DNA of 64,000 nucleotides from Mizuhopecten yessoensis. Lineage: Eukaryota. Numbering within the stretch: position 1 is the stretch's first letter; every line of letters starts with the position of its first letter. Shown here piece after piece: positions 13,163 to 28,300 of this stretch. The notes beneath the pieces were generated by a model that saw nothing but the letters and a program-made list of their open reading frames with translations, did no database searches and was not told the DNA's origin. The stretch spans positions 316,436-380,435 of the forward strand of contig NW_018405000.1 of the NCBI RefSeq assembly GCF_002113885.1, written 5' to 3'. Both the position numbers and the translations under genes were made by a program.

Positions 13163-13259
13163 CTTCATCTAGGTCAGGCGGTAGAAGGCTTTGTCCCTCT
13201 ACATCAAGTGATGGACAGGAGGAACTGAATCTTGACAAGTTGTCTTTTCTCTGAGCATC
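13163..13259 (-). CDS. Internal coding exon B: DAQRKDNLSRFSSSCPSLDVEGQSLLPPDLDE
   Basis: Acceptor tttttcag|GAT, donor GAAG|gttggt. 97 nt, phase 0 to phase 1; G+AT gives Asp at the junction with exon C. Confidence 0.8.
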
Positions 13260-13347
13260 CTGAAAAACAGAAAAACAAATTGGCATTGAATAGTGCTGTC
13301 AATAAAATCAACAACTTAGAGAATGTTGGTGACATGTAACAAACTCG

Positions 13348-13925
13348 CTCAGCTTGACTGATGTAACGGCAACCAAATAACTGGTTACCCGGTCAGCTTG
13401 ACTGATGTAACGGCAACCAAATAACTGGTCACCTGGTCAGCTTGACTGATGTAACGGCAACCAAATGACTGGTTACCCGGTCAGCTTGACTGATGTAACG
13501 GCAACCAAATAACTGGTTACCCGGTCAGCTTGACTGATGTAAAGGCAACCAAATGACTGGTTACCCGGTCAGCTTGACTTATGTAACAGCAACCAAATAA
13601 CTGGTTACCCGGTCAGCTTGACTGATGTAACAGCAACCAAATAACTGGTTACCCGGTCAGCTTGAATGATGTAATGGCAACCAAATGCCTGGTTACCCGG
13701 TCAGCTTGACTGAAGTAATGGCAACCAAATGACTGGATACCCGGTCAGCTTGACTGATCTAATGGCAACCAAATAACTGGTTACCCGGGCAGCTTGACTT
13801 ATGTAACAGCTACCAAATAACTGGTTACCCGGTAAGCTTGACTGATGTAATGGCAACCAAACAACTGGTCACCCGGTCAGCTTGACTGATGTAATGGCAA
13901 CCAAATAACTGGTCATCACCCGGTC
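13348..13925. repeat. 44-bp minisatellite (tcagcttgactgatgtaacggcaaccaaataactggttacccgg), about 13 copies
   Basis: Direct tandem periodicity. Confidence 0.95.
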
Positions 13926-13942
13926 AGAGAATATAAAATACA

Positions 13943-15251
13943 TACAAGTCATACGCAAGCGGTCAGTTTGGTTGACTACTATTCTAGAATATCTTCCATG
14001 TCCCGATCAGTTTGAAGAGTAACAACGTGAACATTTCCACACACAAAAACATCCACATTTACAGTAAACCTATAATACAGGAATTATACAGAGATTACTA
14101 CAGTCACAGAAATAGGTTGTCCTCGACACTCACAGCTGTCAGAGGTACTGGTAGACAACACATTTACAGTAAACCTATAATACAGGAATCATTCAGAGAT
14201 TACTACAGTCACAGAAATAGGCTGTCCTTGACACTCACAGCTGTCAGAAGTACTGGATCTTCAAAACAACCAATTCATAAACAAGTCATACGCAAGCGGT
14301 CAGTTTGGTTGACTACTATTCTAGAATATCTTCCATGTCCCGATCAGTTTGAAGAGTAACAACGTGAACATTTCCGCACACAAAAACATCCACATTTACA
14401 GTAAACCTATAATACAGGAATAATACAGAGATTACTACAGTCACAGAAATAGGTTGTCCTTGACACTCTCAGCTGTCAGAAGTACTGGATCTTCAAAACA
14501 ACCAATTCATAAACAAGTCATACGCAAGCGGTCAGTTTGGTTGACTACTATTCTAGAATATCTTCCATGTCCCGATCAGTTTGAAGAGTAACAACGCGAA
14601 CATTTCCACACACAAAAACATCCACATTTACAGCAAACCTATAATACAGGAATTATACAGAGATCACTACAGTCACAGAAATAGGTTGTCCTTGACACTC
14701 TCAGCTGTCAGAAGTACTGGATCTTCAAAACAACCAATTCATAAACAAGTCATACGCAAGCGGTCAGTTTGGTTGACTACTATTCTAGAATATATTCCAT
14801 GTCCAGATCAGTTTGAAGAGTAACAACGTGACCATTTCCACACACAAAAACATCCACATTTACAGTAACCCTATAATACAGGAATTATACAGAGATTACT
14901 ACAGTCACAGATTGACTGATGTAACGGCAACCAAATAACTGGTCACACGGTCAGCTTGACTGATGTAATGGCAACCAAATAACTGGTCATCACCCGGTCA
15001 GAGAATATAAAATACATACAAGTCATACGCAAGCGGTCAGTTTGGTTGACTACTATTCTAGAATATCTTCCATGTCCCGATCAGTTTGAAGAGAAACAAC
15101 GTGAACATTTCCACACACAAAAACATCCACATTTACAGTAACCCTATAATACAGGAATTATACAGAGATTACTACAGTCACAGAATTAGGTTGTCCTTGA
15201 CACTCACAGCTGTCAGAAGTACTGGATCTTCAAAACAACCAATTCATAAAC
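13943..15251. repeat. 232-bp tandem amplification with partial copies and a re-inserted piece of the upstream 44-bp array
   Basis: acaagtcatacgcaagcgg recurs at 14281, 14513 and 14745 (232-bp spacing), and also near 13944 and 15018. Confidence 0.9.
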
Positions 15252-15952
15252 ATTTGTTGTGTTTTTTTGGTAGCTGAAGGTCAAGGTTATATATGAATAG
15301 CAGACTTATATAGTATGATCCTTGAGTACTTGGAAATCCTCAAGGTGAATAGAGATGATGAAGCTATTTATAATTAGGATTGAAAGTGTGATAACTGATA
15401 AAGCCTTCACCAGACAAGGAGGTGGAGGGCCTCCTCTCCATTACAGAGCTAACAGCTCAGCCAGATTTATCTCTGAGCCGTAATGTTACTGACAGTGGTG
15501 TTTACAGTCCAGTACAAATTATCTTATTGTTTTCTATTTCCTACTTGGCTTTTTTTATGTTTTTGTTTATTATTTTTTTAGTGTGTAAGAGTACCTACCA
15601 CACCTTACAATGAAAGCTGCTCTAAGTCAAGCCTTGAGAACCAATTAAAAGTTTCATCCAACAACCTTGAAAGTATCAAAAGCCTCCATTTAAAAAACCC
15701 ATTGGGAGCTTGTGTTACATTTATCATAGCTTCACGTCCTAACAACCTGGCCTTGAAGCTATCATCTTAAAGCAAGCTCTGGCCACATCATCAGTGAAAG
15801 TTGTCAACTTTATGATACTCCTACTCAAAGAGTTGAGTTTATTTTAACAGACTAGAAGATAAAGACATTTCACAATCAGACCCCACCTACATACCCAGGG
15901 GTTCTGGTAAAAGATCTATACAGCATTTCCTGTCTAAATCACTAGCTACAGC

Positions 15953-18107
15953 AGACACACCAAAGTAACAGTCACTAGGACACACCATAGTTACAGTCAC
16001 TAGGACACACCAAAGTTACAGTCACTAGGACACACCATGGTTAGTCACTCGGACACACCATGGTTACAGTCACTAGGACACACCATAGTTACAGTCACTA
16101 GGACACACCATGGTAACAGTCACTAGGACATACCATGGTTACAGTCATTAGGACACACCATGGTAACAGTCACTAGGACACACCAAAGTTACAGTCACTA
16201 GGACACACCATGGTTACAGTCACTAGGACATACCATGGTTACAGTCATTAGGACACACCGTGGTTAGTCACTCGGACAAACCATGGTTACAGTCACTAGG
16301 ACATATAATGGTTACAGTCATTAGGACATACAATGGTTACAGTCACTCGGACACACCATGGTTATAGTCACTAGGACACACCATAGTTACAGTCACTAGG
16401 ACACACCAAAGTTACAGTCATTAGGACACACCATGGTTACAGTCACTAGGACACACCATAGTAACAGTCACTAGGACACACCATGGTAACAGTCATTAGG
16501 ACACACCATGGTCAGTCACTAGGACATACCATGGTTACAGTCACAAGGACACACCATGGTAACAGTCACTAGGACACACCATGGTAACAGTCACTAGGAC
16601 ACACCAAAGTTACAGTCACTAGGACACACCATGGTTACAGTCACTAGGACACACCATGGTAACAGTCACTAGGACACACCATGGTAACAGTCACTAGGAC
16701 ACACCATGGTAACAGTCACTAGGACACACCATGGTTACAGTCACTAGGACACACCATGGTTACAGTCACTAGGACACACCATGGTAACAGTCACTAGGAC
16801 ACACCATGGTAACAGTCACTAGGACACACCATGGTTACAGTCACTAGGACACACCATGGTTACAGTCACTAGGACACACCATGGTAACAGTCACTAGGAC
16901 ACACCAAAGTTACAGTCACTAGGACACACCATGGTTACAGTCACTAGGACACACCATGGTAACAGTCACTAGGACACACCATGGTAACAGTCATTAGGAC
17001 ACACCATGGTTACAGTCATTAGGACACACCATGGTAACAGTCACTAGGACACACCAAAGTTACAGTCACTAGGACACACCATGGTCACAGTCACTAGGAC
17101 ACACCATGGTTACAGTCACTAGGACACACCATGGTTACAGTCACTAGGACACACCATGGTAACAGTCACTAGGACACACCATGGTAACAGTCATTAGGAC
17201 ACACCATGGTTACAGTCATTAGGACACACCATGGTAACAGTCACTAGGACACATCATGGTTACAGTCACTAGAACATAACATGGTTACAGTCATTAGGAC
17301 ACACCATGGTCAGTCACTAGGACACACCATGGTTACAGTCACTAGGACACACCATGGTAACAGTCACTAGGACACACCATGGTAACAGTCACTAGGACAC
17401 ACCATGGTAACAGTCACTAGGACACACCATGGTTACAGTCACTAGGACACACCATGGTAACAGTCACTAGGACACACCATGGTAACAGTCACTAGGACAC
17501 ACCATGGTAACAGTCACTAGGACACACCATGGTTACAGTCACTAGGACACACCATGGTAACAGTCACTAGGACACACCAAAGTTACAGTCACTAGGACAC
17601 ACCATGGTAACAGTCACTAGGACACACCATGGTTACAGTCACTAGGACACACCATGGTAACAGTCACTAGGACACACCAAAGTTACAGTCACTAGGACAC
17701 ACCATGGTTACAGTCATTAGGACACACCATGGTCAGTCACTAGGACACACCAAAGTTACAGTCATTAGGACACACCATGGTAACAGTCACTAGGACACAC
17801 CAAAGTTACAGTCACTAGGACACACCATGGTTACAGTCACTAGGACATACCATGGTTACAGTCATTAGGACACACCATGGTCAGTCACTAGGACATACCA
17901 TGGTTACAGTCACAAGGACACACCATGGTTACAGTCACAAGGACACACCAAAGTTACAGTCACTAGGACACACCATGGTTACAGTCACAAGGACACACCA
18001 TGGTTACAGTCACAAGGACACACCATGGTTACAGTCATAAGGACACACCATGGTTAGTCAAAAATTACCACATGGTGTTCCCTAGTGACTGTAACACCAT
18101 GGTTACA
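15953..18107. repeat. 25-bp minisatellite (ggacacaccatggttacagtcacta), about 85 copies
   Basis: Direct tandem periodicity; one inverted unit at the right end. Confidence 0.97.
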
Positions 18108-19542
18108 TACTGAATTTGCTTGTCACAGCAGACATAATGAACATATAATCTCTGCCAAATAAGTTTTTTCCCAATGCAGCTTTGGTAGTCCTTGAAATAT
18201 ATGTGTTATACCTTATGTAATGTAGCTTTGATAGTCTTTGCTTTCTGCTACAGAATAATACTGATCCACACTATCTACATACCAATAAACAAGGACCTAC
18301 ATTGTTTGATCAGTTATTCAATCTCTTTGATGTAAATGAACTGTCGGCATACGTAATTCTACACTACAGTAAAGGTTCCACGCCAGGTATCTCTAATCCA
18401 GTCCAACATTTCCTTCAGAATTGAATTCCTTGTATTTCCCTATTTTCCAAAACCAATAACTTATTGTTCAGTTTTGCGGATACAATGCTGGAGCACTAAA
18501 TTGGGGCTGAAAATTAAAATCTGTTCACTTGAGATTCCAACTATGACTGTAATAGATATATATATAAATATAAAACGAAAGTAAAAACCTAAATAAAAAA
18601 AGAGTAAGAGGGACACGAGATCCTGTATATGTAGGACTGTAGGGTTATCAGCATCCCCACACCCAGTATTCAGTGAGGTACTGTTGTGATTAACGTTTGG
18701 ACGCTGTCCATTTGTTTACAAGACTGATTGGATGAGGAGACTTGCCCACTCTAAGAACTCTCCTGAGTAGTCTGAGGCAAGTAAGGGCCTTAAATCAAGT
18801 CTAGGTAGCGGTACATCAATTACTTGTTCATCTCATGGAATCTCATCAGTATTAATCTGGAATCATAGCGCTGTACATGGATAGGGACTACTACACTGGA
18901 AACCTATGTCTAGTATTGCTCAAGAGTTGGCCACAGTGTTGAGCAATTTCCTCCTTGTTTCTTACACAATTCTGGCACATCGTCTGATCAGACCAGTGAC
19001 TTGTGCCATCCCGAGGTCACACTGAGTAATTGATCAATACCCAAGTGGTACTTAGACCTTCTTAAGAAGTATTACGATGAAGTCCAACATGACAATCTAT
19101 ACATCTCAGGCCTCTACTGCTGGTAATCCCACAGCCCGGATCTGTTAATTACTGCGACTGAGCTCATGTCCTGCTGTCATTGTGTGGGCCAATGTGATTG
19201 GAAAGGCCCTGCATCCCAAATGAATGTCTCCAAATTGGAACGCAGGCATTGGGAATGACAACTCAATTATTAGTTTCCTCTAAACATTTCTTGTCCGTCT
19301 CTGAGGTCTTGTAATATATGAGTGATTCAATAGAGAAGTTCACTTCCTGGTTCCAGGTCTCCACCTGGGACTGTCCAGACACATTGTAACCTGTTACACT
19401 ACAAGGGTCTGTCCAATCAACTATGTATAACGGTACCAGGAAATCAACCGTGTACAGCAGTGTGAACAACTGCCATGTGTTAGTGTGATGGTAACAGTAG
19501 GTCAATAGGATGTACTGGAACACAGTAGGATAATATACTTAC

Positions 19543-19578
19543 TGAGTGTTTGGTGACAGATCTTATAGCTACAGACAT
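19543..19578 (-). CDS. Candidate alternative first coding exon MSVAIRSVTKHS, splicing to exon B
   Basis: ATG-initiated, 12 codons, donor |gtaagta in phase 0. Confidence 0.25.
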
Positions 19579-21092
19579 AATTTGATTATTGTAGATATAT
19601 TTCTGTTGTAATTTACAGTAAAACCCCGATATATGCCCATCATTTCATTGCCTTCCCGCTTCCTGCCTAGATATTTCAAAGTCTGTTATCTTCAAAAAGA
19701 TTCATCAGTTTGGAAATATGTAGTTTTTACTTCATTCACAAACATTATGTACATATCAAATGTGTTGCAATGTTTCAAAACTGACTGGTTCCTCTGTCAA
19801 GCTATGACCAAATCACCTGGTCACAACTTGACAAAGGGACCAGTCAATCTTGAAATGTTGCAACATATTTGATATGTACATAATTTGTGTATGAAGAAAA
19901 ACTTCGATAATTAAATGTCCCTTTTTCTCTTTTTCATAGGAATTCCTTTATGTTTCCCTCAATTTATCACCAAACCCCTTTATAACACCAACACTTCTCT
20001 GTAAAAATGGTGGCANNNNNNNNNNNNNNNNNNNNNNNNNNNNNNNNNNNNNNNNNNNNNNNNNNNNNNNNNNNNNNNNNNNNNNNNNNNNNNNNNNNNN
20101 NNNNNNNNNNNNNNNNNNNNNNNNNNNNNNNNNNNNNNNNNNNNNNNNNNNNNNNNNNNNNNNNNNNNNNNNNNNNNNNNNNNNNNNNNNNNNNNNNNNN
20201 NNNNNNNNNNNNNNNNNNNNNNNNNNNNNNNNNNNNNNNNNNNNNNNNNNNNNNNNNNNNNNNNNNNNNNNNNNNNNNNNNNNNNNNNNNNNNNNNNNNN
20301 NNNNNNNNNNNNNNNNNNNNNNNNNNNNNNNNNNNNNNNNNNACATACAGACTTTGAATAATGATTAGGTTTTTCAATAATTGGAAATTGTAATGCGTTT
20401 TTCCCCAAATCACTATAATACTGATTACAACCAATCAATGAATAATTAGCATGTTTGATTGTTAGATCTGATCCTAGGCCTGCTAATTAGCATATGAGAA
20501 TTACATTTATTTCTTAAATACCACTAATTATGCCAGTCTCTTTTCAAACCAGGATTGTTTCTAATAAAAACTTCATGGATTGCAAATTTAAAAAGATACA
20601 AAAAAATGAACAGTCAGCAGGCTTAAAATCTGGAAAAGCACCGAAATCCCTGGTATGTTTTATAGCCTTGCTCATCATACAGACATGATTCGACAGCTAC
20701 GTTTCATTTACAGCTCCTGTTTTTCCCTTCATTACTCAACAGTTAGCTTTCTAGCCCTCCTTGTCTCCCCCCTCCCCAACCAACCCCCAATCATAAGAGG
20801 TAGCCAGGTAGTATATCCCCCTCCCCATCCTTGTTGAAAGGCCCACCACACATGGGTATTACTCAATAGATTTGACTGCTTAGACTCGGCAATAAGCACA
20901 ATGAAGGTTCTCTTACTCCCCTTTATTACCAATATTTCACATTTTGAAATATTGTCAAATGGCGAAATTTGCAAACAGCATTAAAATCTATGCAGACTAA
21001 AATCAATGAGTCAGCAGAACCGGAGGTGTGGGTGGATTAAAAAATATAACTGGATACAGGAAGGTTCACTCAAAACAGCTGAGCTGTCTGTC

Positions 21093-22335
21093 CTAGTGGT
21101 ACACCACTACAGTAGAGGGATTACATAATCTATTGGTACAACACTACAGTAGAGGGATTACATAATTTAGTGGTACAACACTACAGTAGAGGGATTACAT
21201 AATCTAGTGGTACACCACTACAGTAGAGGGATTACATAATCTAGTGGTACAACACTACAGTAGAGGGATTACATAATCTAGTGGTACACCACTACAGTAG
21301 AGGGATTAGATAATCTAGTGGTACACCACTACAGTAGAAAGATTACATAATCTAGTGGTACACCACTACAATAGAGGGATTACATAATCTAGTGGTACAA
21401 CACTACAGTAGAGAGATTACGTAATCTAGTGGTACACCACTACAGTAGAGGGATTATATAATCTAGTGGTACAACACTACAGTAGAGGGAGTACATAATC
21501 TAGTGGTACAACACTACAGTAGAGAGATTACATAATCTAGTGGTACAACACATCAGTAGAGGGATTACATAATCTAGAGGTACACCACTACAGTAGAGAG
21601 ATTACATAATCTAGTGGTACAACACATCAGTAGAGTGATTACATAATCTAGTTGTACAACACTACAGTAGAGGGATTACATAATTTAGTGGTACACCACT
21701 ACAGTAGAGGGATTATATAATCTAGTGGTACAACACTACAGTAGAGAGATTACATAATCTAGTGGTACAACACTGCAGTAGAAAGATTACATAATCTAGT
21801 GGTACACCGCTACAATAGAGGGATTACATAATCTAGAGGTACAACACTACAGTAGAGGGATTACCTAATCTAGTGGTACACCACTACAGTAGAGTGATTA
21901 CATAATCTAGTGGTACAACACTAAAGTAGAGGGATTACATAATCTAGTGGTTCACCACTACAGTAGAGGGATTACATAATCTGGTGGTACACCACTACAG
22001 TAGAGGGATTAGATAATCTAGTGGTACGCCACTACAGTAGAAAGATTACATAATCTAGTGGTACACCGCTACAATAGAGGGATTACATAATCTAGAGGTA
22101 CAACACTACAGTAGAGGGATTACGTAATCTAGTGGTACACCACTACAGTAGAGGGATTATATAATCTAGTGGTACACCACTACAGTAGAGAGATTACATA
22201 ATCTAGTGGTACAACACTGCAGTAGAAGGATTACATAATCTAGTGGTACAACACATCAGTAGAGCGATTACATAATCTAGTGGTACAACACTTCAATAGA
22301 GGGATTACATAATCTAGTGGTACAACACTACAGTA
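21093..22335. repeat. 37-bp minisatellite (ctagtggtacaccactacagtagagggattacataat), about 33 copies
   Basis: Direct tandem periodicity. Confidence 0.97.
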
Positions 22336-25300
22336 CTGTTGTGTTATAGGTCTATCTAGACACAGTGAGCCCCCTTAGGTGGTGTCTCCTCAGATACTGT
22401 AAATCAATGTACAAGATTTGGAGCGTAATGACCCTAGATTCTCAGACAAACCATATCAACTGGAAGATGAGTTAATCAATATACAGCTATACTAGTTGAT
22501 CAACCATTAATTGGTGGCATTTATCATGGGTAATAAATTATCAATGGTAGGTATAATAATTCTGTTGGTAAACACTGGTATCTATTCCTTAAGTTATAGT
22601 AACTACAAATGTAAAACTGCTAGGGAATCGGTGAGGAATAGTACGTTATAGATGGTGATTGACAGAAGTAACCCATAATCCAATGCAGCAGTTAGACGCA
22701 ATATGTAGCTTTGTAATTTCTTACATTTTGACTTCAACTCAGATATTTTATAATGTTAAACAACGAAAAGGTTTTCATTCATCTGGCAAAAGGCAAAGTA
22801 AGCATAAGCAATGCCCATCATTCTTTCTCTGTCAAATTTTCCTTTAAAAGCCTACTCCTTACGAACGACTGAACAGATTTGCCCTAGACTTGAAATGACT
22901 TTCTCCAGGGTGGAGATTACCCTTTAATTAAGGGGGATGGATCCCAATTGCAGAATCAAGGTTATACACTACTACTTTTATCAAAACTTATCTACAATCC
23001 TACTTTTAAATTAGTTTATTTAAAAATCCTAAATTTATGGTAGCCTGTTTAAACTCCTAATTTCATGATAGCTTGTTGAAAATTATGCTTTTATAGAGGT
23101 ATTGTGATTACAACACTGCCTTCAAAACCTTGATCATATAAAATGAATCACTTTGGTTTTGGTAAATTCTCATTTTGGCATATGAAATAAGTGAAATCAT
23201 GCTAACTATTCAGGTCCATGGAGCTCTTCTCTTTCCAATAACGTGGAGAAAAATGAGATTCCACTAAACTAAATGCACAAAAAAATGTTAAATTTTGGAT
23301 GAGAGAATATTTATGTGCTACAACAGCCTGCAGTGGTGAGAGAGTAAATGATTTCTCCGAGTGTCAGCAAAGTCGCAGATTAACACCCACACACAGAAAC
23401 AATATCGTGTAAACCCCTCGTAGCCATACCACTCTTACCCACTCATACTACATATATCTACTGCCTTATTTATTTTTGGACTTTTCTTTCAAAAATAATT
23501 CAAAACCTTTTCCTTGACTGTTGTTTTTATTATCATTTTGACTGATTTTCTTTTTCTTTCATAGCGATCAATCATTGTCAAGACAAGGCTTGCTATTGAT
23601 GATTTGGTGTCATGCATTAAAACAGCAGGCCAGCCCATCATGCCGCGAGGTTGGTGTTCTGGAGAAATGTCACGGTAATGTTGCTAAAGTTCAGTGGCAG
23701 TGCTTGGCCAAAACACACTCAATTCTTATAATGCTCACCAATAATCAATCAACATTAAATGAAAAACAATCCCAAAATAGGTTTGTTTTGTCAGGGTGTT
23801 CTCAAAGAGCCCCATGACTAACATTGAAAGAAAGCATTTGATTTGTTGAGATCAGTTTAGATTATCTGAAACAACAAGGCTTTTTTACTTGATAACTGAC
23901 CTTCTCCAAAGTCATTTTGGAAATTTGGTACCAAGGACTGGCCTGTAAGTTATAGCCATTGACCGTAAGAACTTTCTGCAAGTTTAGCACTTTTGAAAAT
24001 CAAAGAAGATTAACGTCAACAAGGACGAGATTTTATTAGTCCGAAAGTGCTTCATGTATGGCTCTACAGCACCCTGTTAGACAAATTCATGATGGCCACA
24101 AGTCATCACAGAATTAACTCCTTGTTATTTATGTGATAATGGCTGTGTTCACATACAAGACACCATAAAAAACGAGAAGGGGTCTATTCCCGGAGGACTG
24201 CGCCCACCCGTGTGACATCACAGCCTAACCCCTGGTATTACTGGTGTCTCCCAGAGTGTCACAGAGCTCACAGCAACGTATAGGTGTGACCTTTAAATAC
24301 CAGCCTAACAACCCGCCATCTGTAACAGTCCTGGTGCAAAACAAATGGCCAACAGCATATCATCTATTTATGTTGGTCTCTGGGGCAGATCAAATTCCTT
24401 CATTGTACACTCTGATTTGTACAGTAAGACTTTGGAACGTTGCAATTTATATTGTTTAAAATATAAGATACATAATTTTGATATTTTTTCCAAAAGAGTT
24501 CCAATCTAAGGTATCGGTTAGATATAATATCATGAAACTTAATTTGTACTGGAGGACACATCTCAACGATACATAGGAATGCATGCATGCATAATGCCCC
24601 TGTAATGTTGAATTAAGGAACCCTGCACCAGTGCATGCAAAATACTAGGGAATTACACTGTAGATTTTTGTACATACAGTAACCTCCCCTTAATTTTGTT
24701 TTTTGGATATAATGGTGGAGTAACTGGACAAGGATACTACTGCTGATCAGGTAGCTTAAATGGTAAGCGTGTCGGTAAAATTATTGATCTGGTGTTCAAA
24801 TCTTAGTTTGAACCGATCTATGTTTTCATTCAGAACCCTGTCTCCTCCATCAGCTCTGCTCATCACCCCACCATTTAATCCTAATACCTGTATACTTAGG
24901 ACGAGCAGTACAGATATTTACAACATGGATGTTTGCCATTCCTTTGTTCAAGCTTGTATTCCCTGTTTAAACATGTATTCCTCCAAATCAAGGCATGCAA
25001 ACGGGTCATTATTTTTTGCAAATTAAATTTTAGAGGCAGGGAAAGCAATTTGTGCAATGTGAACACAGAATCCAGCCAATATGTAGCATTGCTCCCGGGC
25101 ATAACAGGCAAAAACCTTGGGACGCAACGAGCAATCCCAAAGTAAAGTCATTCCTTCACACACTCGACATGACAATTACATTTAAATACACAGCCAATAG
25201 CCAGAACTTTGGTAACCTGCCATGTGAGTGCCGTGGTTGCTTGCCACTAATTACCTTGACCTATAACCCTTACTTTTCTCAAACCTGTTTCATGATGATA

Positions 25301-28300
25301 TCCTTTCATGATTCTTAAACTTCTAATGAATGTAAAACTGGTATCTCATCTGTAATGTAACGTTCCATGCTGAAATACATAAGAGAAATAAATCCTACTG
25401 ACCACAACATAAATGTATTACCAAACTGACCATAACACAGTTGTAAGTGGGCACGTGAATGGCATATAATTAATTACATATGACAATCAACAAATTCTTA
25501 ATTCAAATGAAACTGGGGTTTTGTTTTGTTATATTTTTTTTTACAATATTGGTCATTAGTCATGTTAATCCACTTCTTGCTTTTCTTGAAAAGTATCAAC
25601 TGAAACAAAATCTATTTAGATGAAACAATTTTCTTTGTCACATAAGCATTCATGTTGTACAAGCCACTGTAAGGCCAACTAAAGCATATGACAATTGTGA
25701 AAGTCTCTCAAAACCACTTCTTAGAAACTCAATTTAAAAAACTTTTATTGACAAATTCAAATTCTATCCAGTACAAAGTTAAATTTGTCAAAAACTAAAG
25801 TTTTATTCTGTGATAAATACAGAAGATATATTCCTTAGAAATGTATTAAAATGGATGGGTACAGGGCTTTTTTCCAATTAGGCCTTAAAATCTGTTCAAA
25901 ATGAGGTGGGCTTATCACTGAATATAGGTTAATCTCCATTAAAGTCCAGTCTATCTAGTGTATCACAGAGACATCAATTTCTTGGTTTTGTACATCGTTT
26001 CATTGTGATACAGACTGAACAAGGCCTCCATATTGCGGAATGGTTGTCTGGAGGCGCGGATGTCCCTCCGTACACAATAGCACTACAGCAGTGGTTATTG
26101 TTAACCAAAGTACCCTCCAAACAATGCTACATTGTAAAAGAACAGACTGATTTACATGGCAACTGTCAGTATTTCAATATTTCAGACATCCCGCTGTTTC
26201 TGTTCCCTATCCAGTATGTATTGTTTTGGAGATTTGCTGGTCAGACCAATATCGTCTGTCCCGCGTACACTAAATAATGGATATCTATACCGTGGTATTG
26301 ACGTCATCACAAGTCGGGCCCACTCACAGGACACCTCGTATTTACATCAATTGCAATATAGGAGAAATAATTTTGGAGAAGTCGGCAGTGCCTGGTCGGG
26401 GTGATTATTACAGTTTGCCAATACGTACGAGGCCATGATTTATACCCCTACAAACTCTATTAGGATTAATGTATTCGTACTAGATTGAGAAGTTTGGCTT
26501 CTGATCAATCTTATTCACATCCAAACCTAATAAATGGAAAAAAGATACACCATCAAATCTTTTTAGGGAGTCGTTCATTTTGGACCTCTGTAACTTTGAA
26601 TACATGACATGAATTCAGATTGCCCTCTTGTAGATTCGTAATGTTTAATACATGGCATGAATTTGAATCATCTTCCAGTTGAGCACTGACAGCTCTCTAT
26701 AAACCTTTTATTGGGGCACAGCAGACTCTTACAAAGTAAGCAAACCATATATATCTTTCCTTTCCCATGAAAAGATAAAATTCTTTATCAATGCATATAA
26801 TTAATTATAACGCAAAGCTTGACCTTTTACCTTGATGTGAAGGTCACAGTGACCTAATTTCAGTACACTGCACACCTTCTGTCGGTGATGCAGGCATAAA
26901 TTAAGTTTGCAATAAGAAGACCAGAAAATTGCGTCGGATTGTTTAACATCCATACCTTACTGTACACAATAAGAAATTAACTTTAACATTGTAATGCAAC
27001 TAGGAATATCGGCATGCATGTCATCAGCTAAAGTTGCCAGACGCCATCTTACTTTTCTAGTCTATTTTTTTTAAGGGGAAATATTTAAATTTCTACGTGA
27101 GTCTATAGCTATAGTTATAAAACATATGTAGGAAAAATTAATCTGAGACAAGTCAATGGAGAAGGAAGTTGTTTGATCAGGATGTTGTTCTAAGCAGTGA
27201 AAGACGAGTGAATTTTAAAATGTGGATTGGTTTTGAAGGTGACAGTGTCATTTTTTGTGATGATACGATTTGAGTGTATGTTGTAACCGGCACAATCTCC
27301 GAGACGTGTTAAGCTCACCGACAGAAGATGGAGCTTCACCCATCCATCCATCCATGTGTCTTTTTACCGTTGTTCTGTTCCCTTTGTCCTACAATACTGT
27401 GACCTAACGCCAACAACACCCCTATCCCCGACACCAATTCTGGTATACTTCTTCACCTGCATTGAGGATTGGAGACAGCGTGCTGTATGCTGGTGTTTAC
27501 ACTTGATTTTCTGGGAATGTCTCCAATACCTTGGGTGAAATGGGAATGTTCGCTTGAGTACACAGGCCTAAAATTCCTAGCCATTTGTCTGTTGTACCTA
27601 ACTGATATAAAGAAGCTGTTTTATCGGAGTGATATAAGGTTTCAAAACTGTTGAAAGTTTAAAAGTTGTTTGTCTCAATTGAACATGTATAACAAAATCG
27701 GCTCGGGACCAAAATAATTTCCTGTTTGAATCTTTTAGATTTGAAATATCAAAATTTGATTCAATTACTTCATAAAAATTCTTCATCAAAAATGGTTATG
27801 GAAGACTGACAAACATATAAGATTTCAGCTATAAATAGTTTCCAGACACGAGGAAGAAAACACTGATCACAGGTTGAAAAACACACACTTCCTTCTGCAA
27901 ACTGCACACCAGGTATAATTAGCATATTCCCGGTTCTACCGTCTATATTTAGATTCTCTATAGCTTTGTTTTATATTATAAATCTAAAGTTTCACTAGGT
28001 CTGCTATTTCTTTCAGCATCTCTTAATTTATCTTAGGGATTAAATTATCACCAACGCTAATATTTGATATCATTAAAATGTATAAATAAGAAATATGGAT
28101 GTTATTTTAAGGAAGCATCCATCCGATTACTGTTAAAAACGGTGACATCTGCCGATTTACTGGTTCAGGTTTCTATGATGAGTTCCTCTTCACTATGAGG
28201 CTAGAACCCTGGTAACCAACGTGACCTAAACATATCTATCAAATCTAAACTCTGAGACAAGTTTCGTTTTTTCGTAGAAGATTAATCATGCATAATATAA

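Noticed and set aside
19948-20438. X-filled ORFs (also 3437-3660 and 53459-54462)
   Set aside because: They span assembly N gaps.
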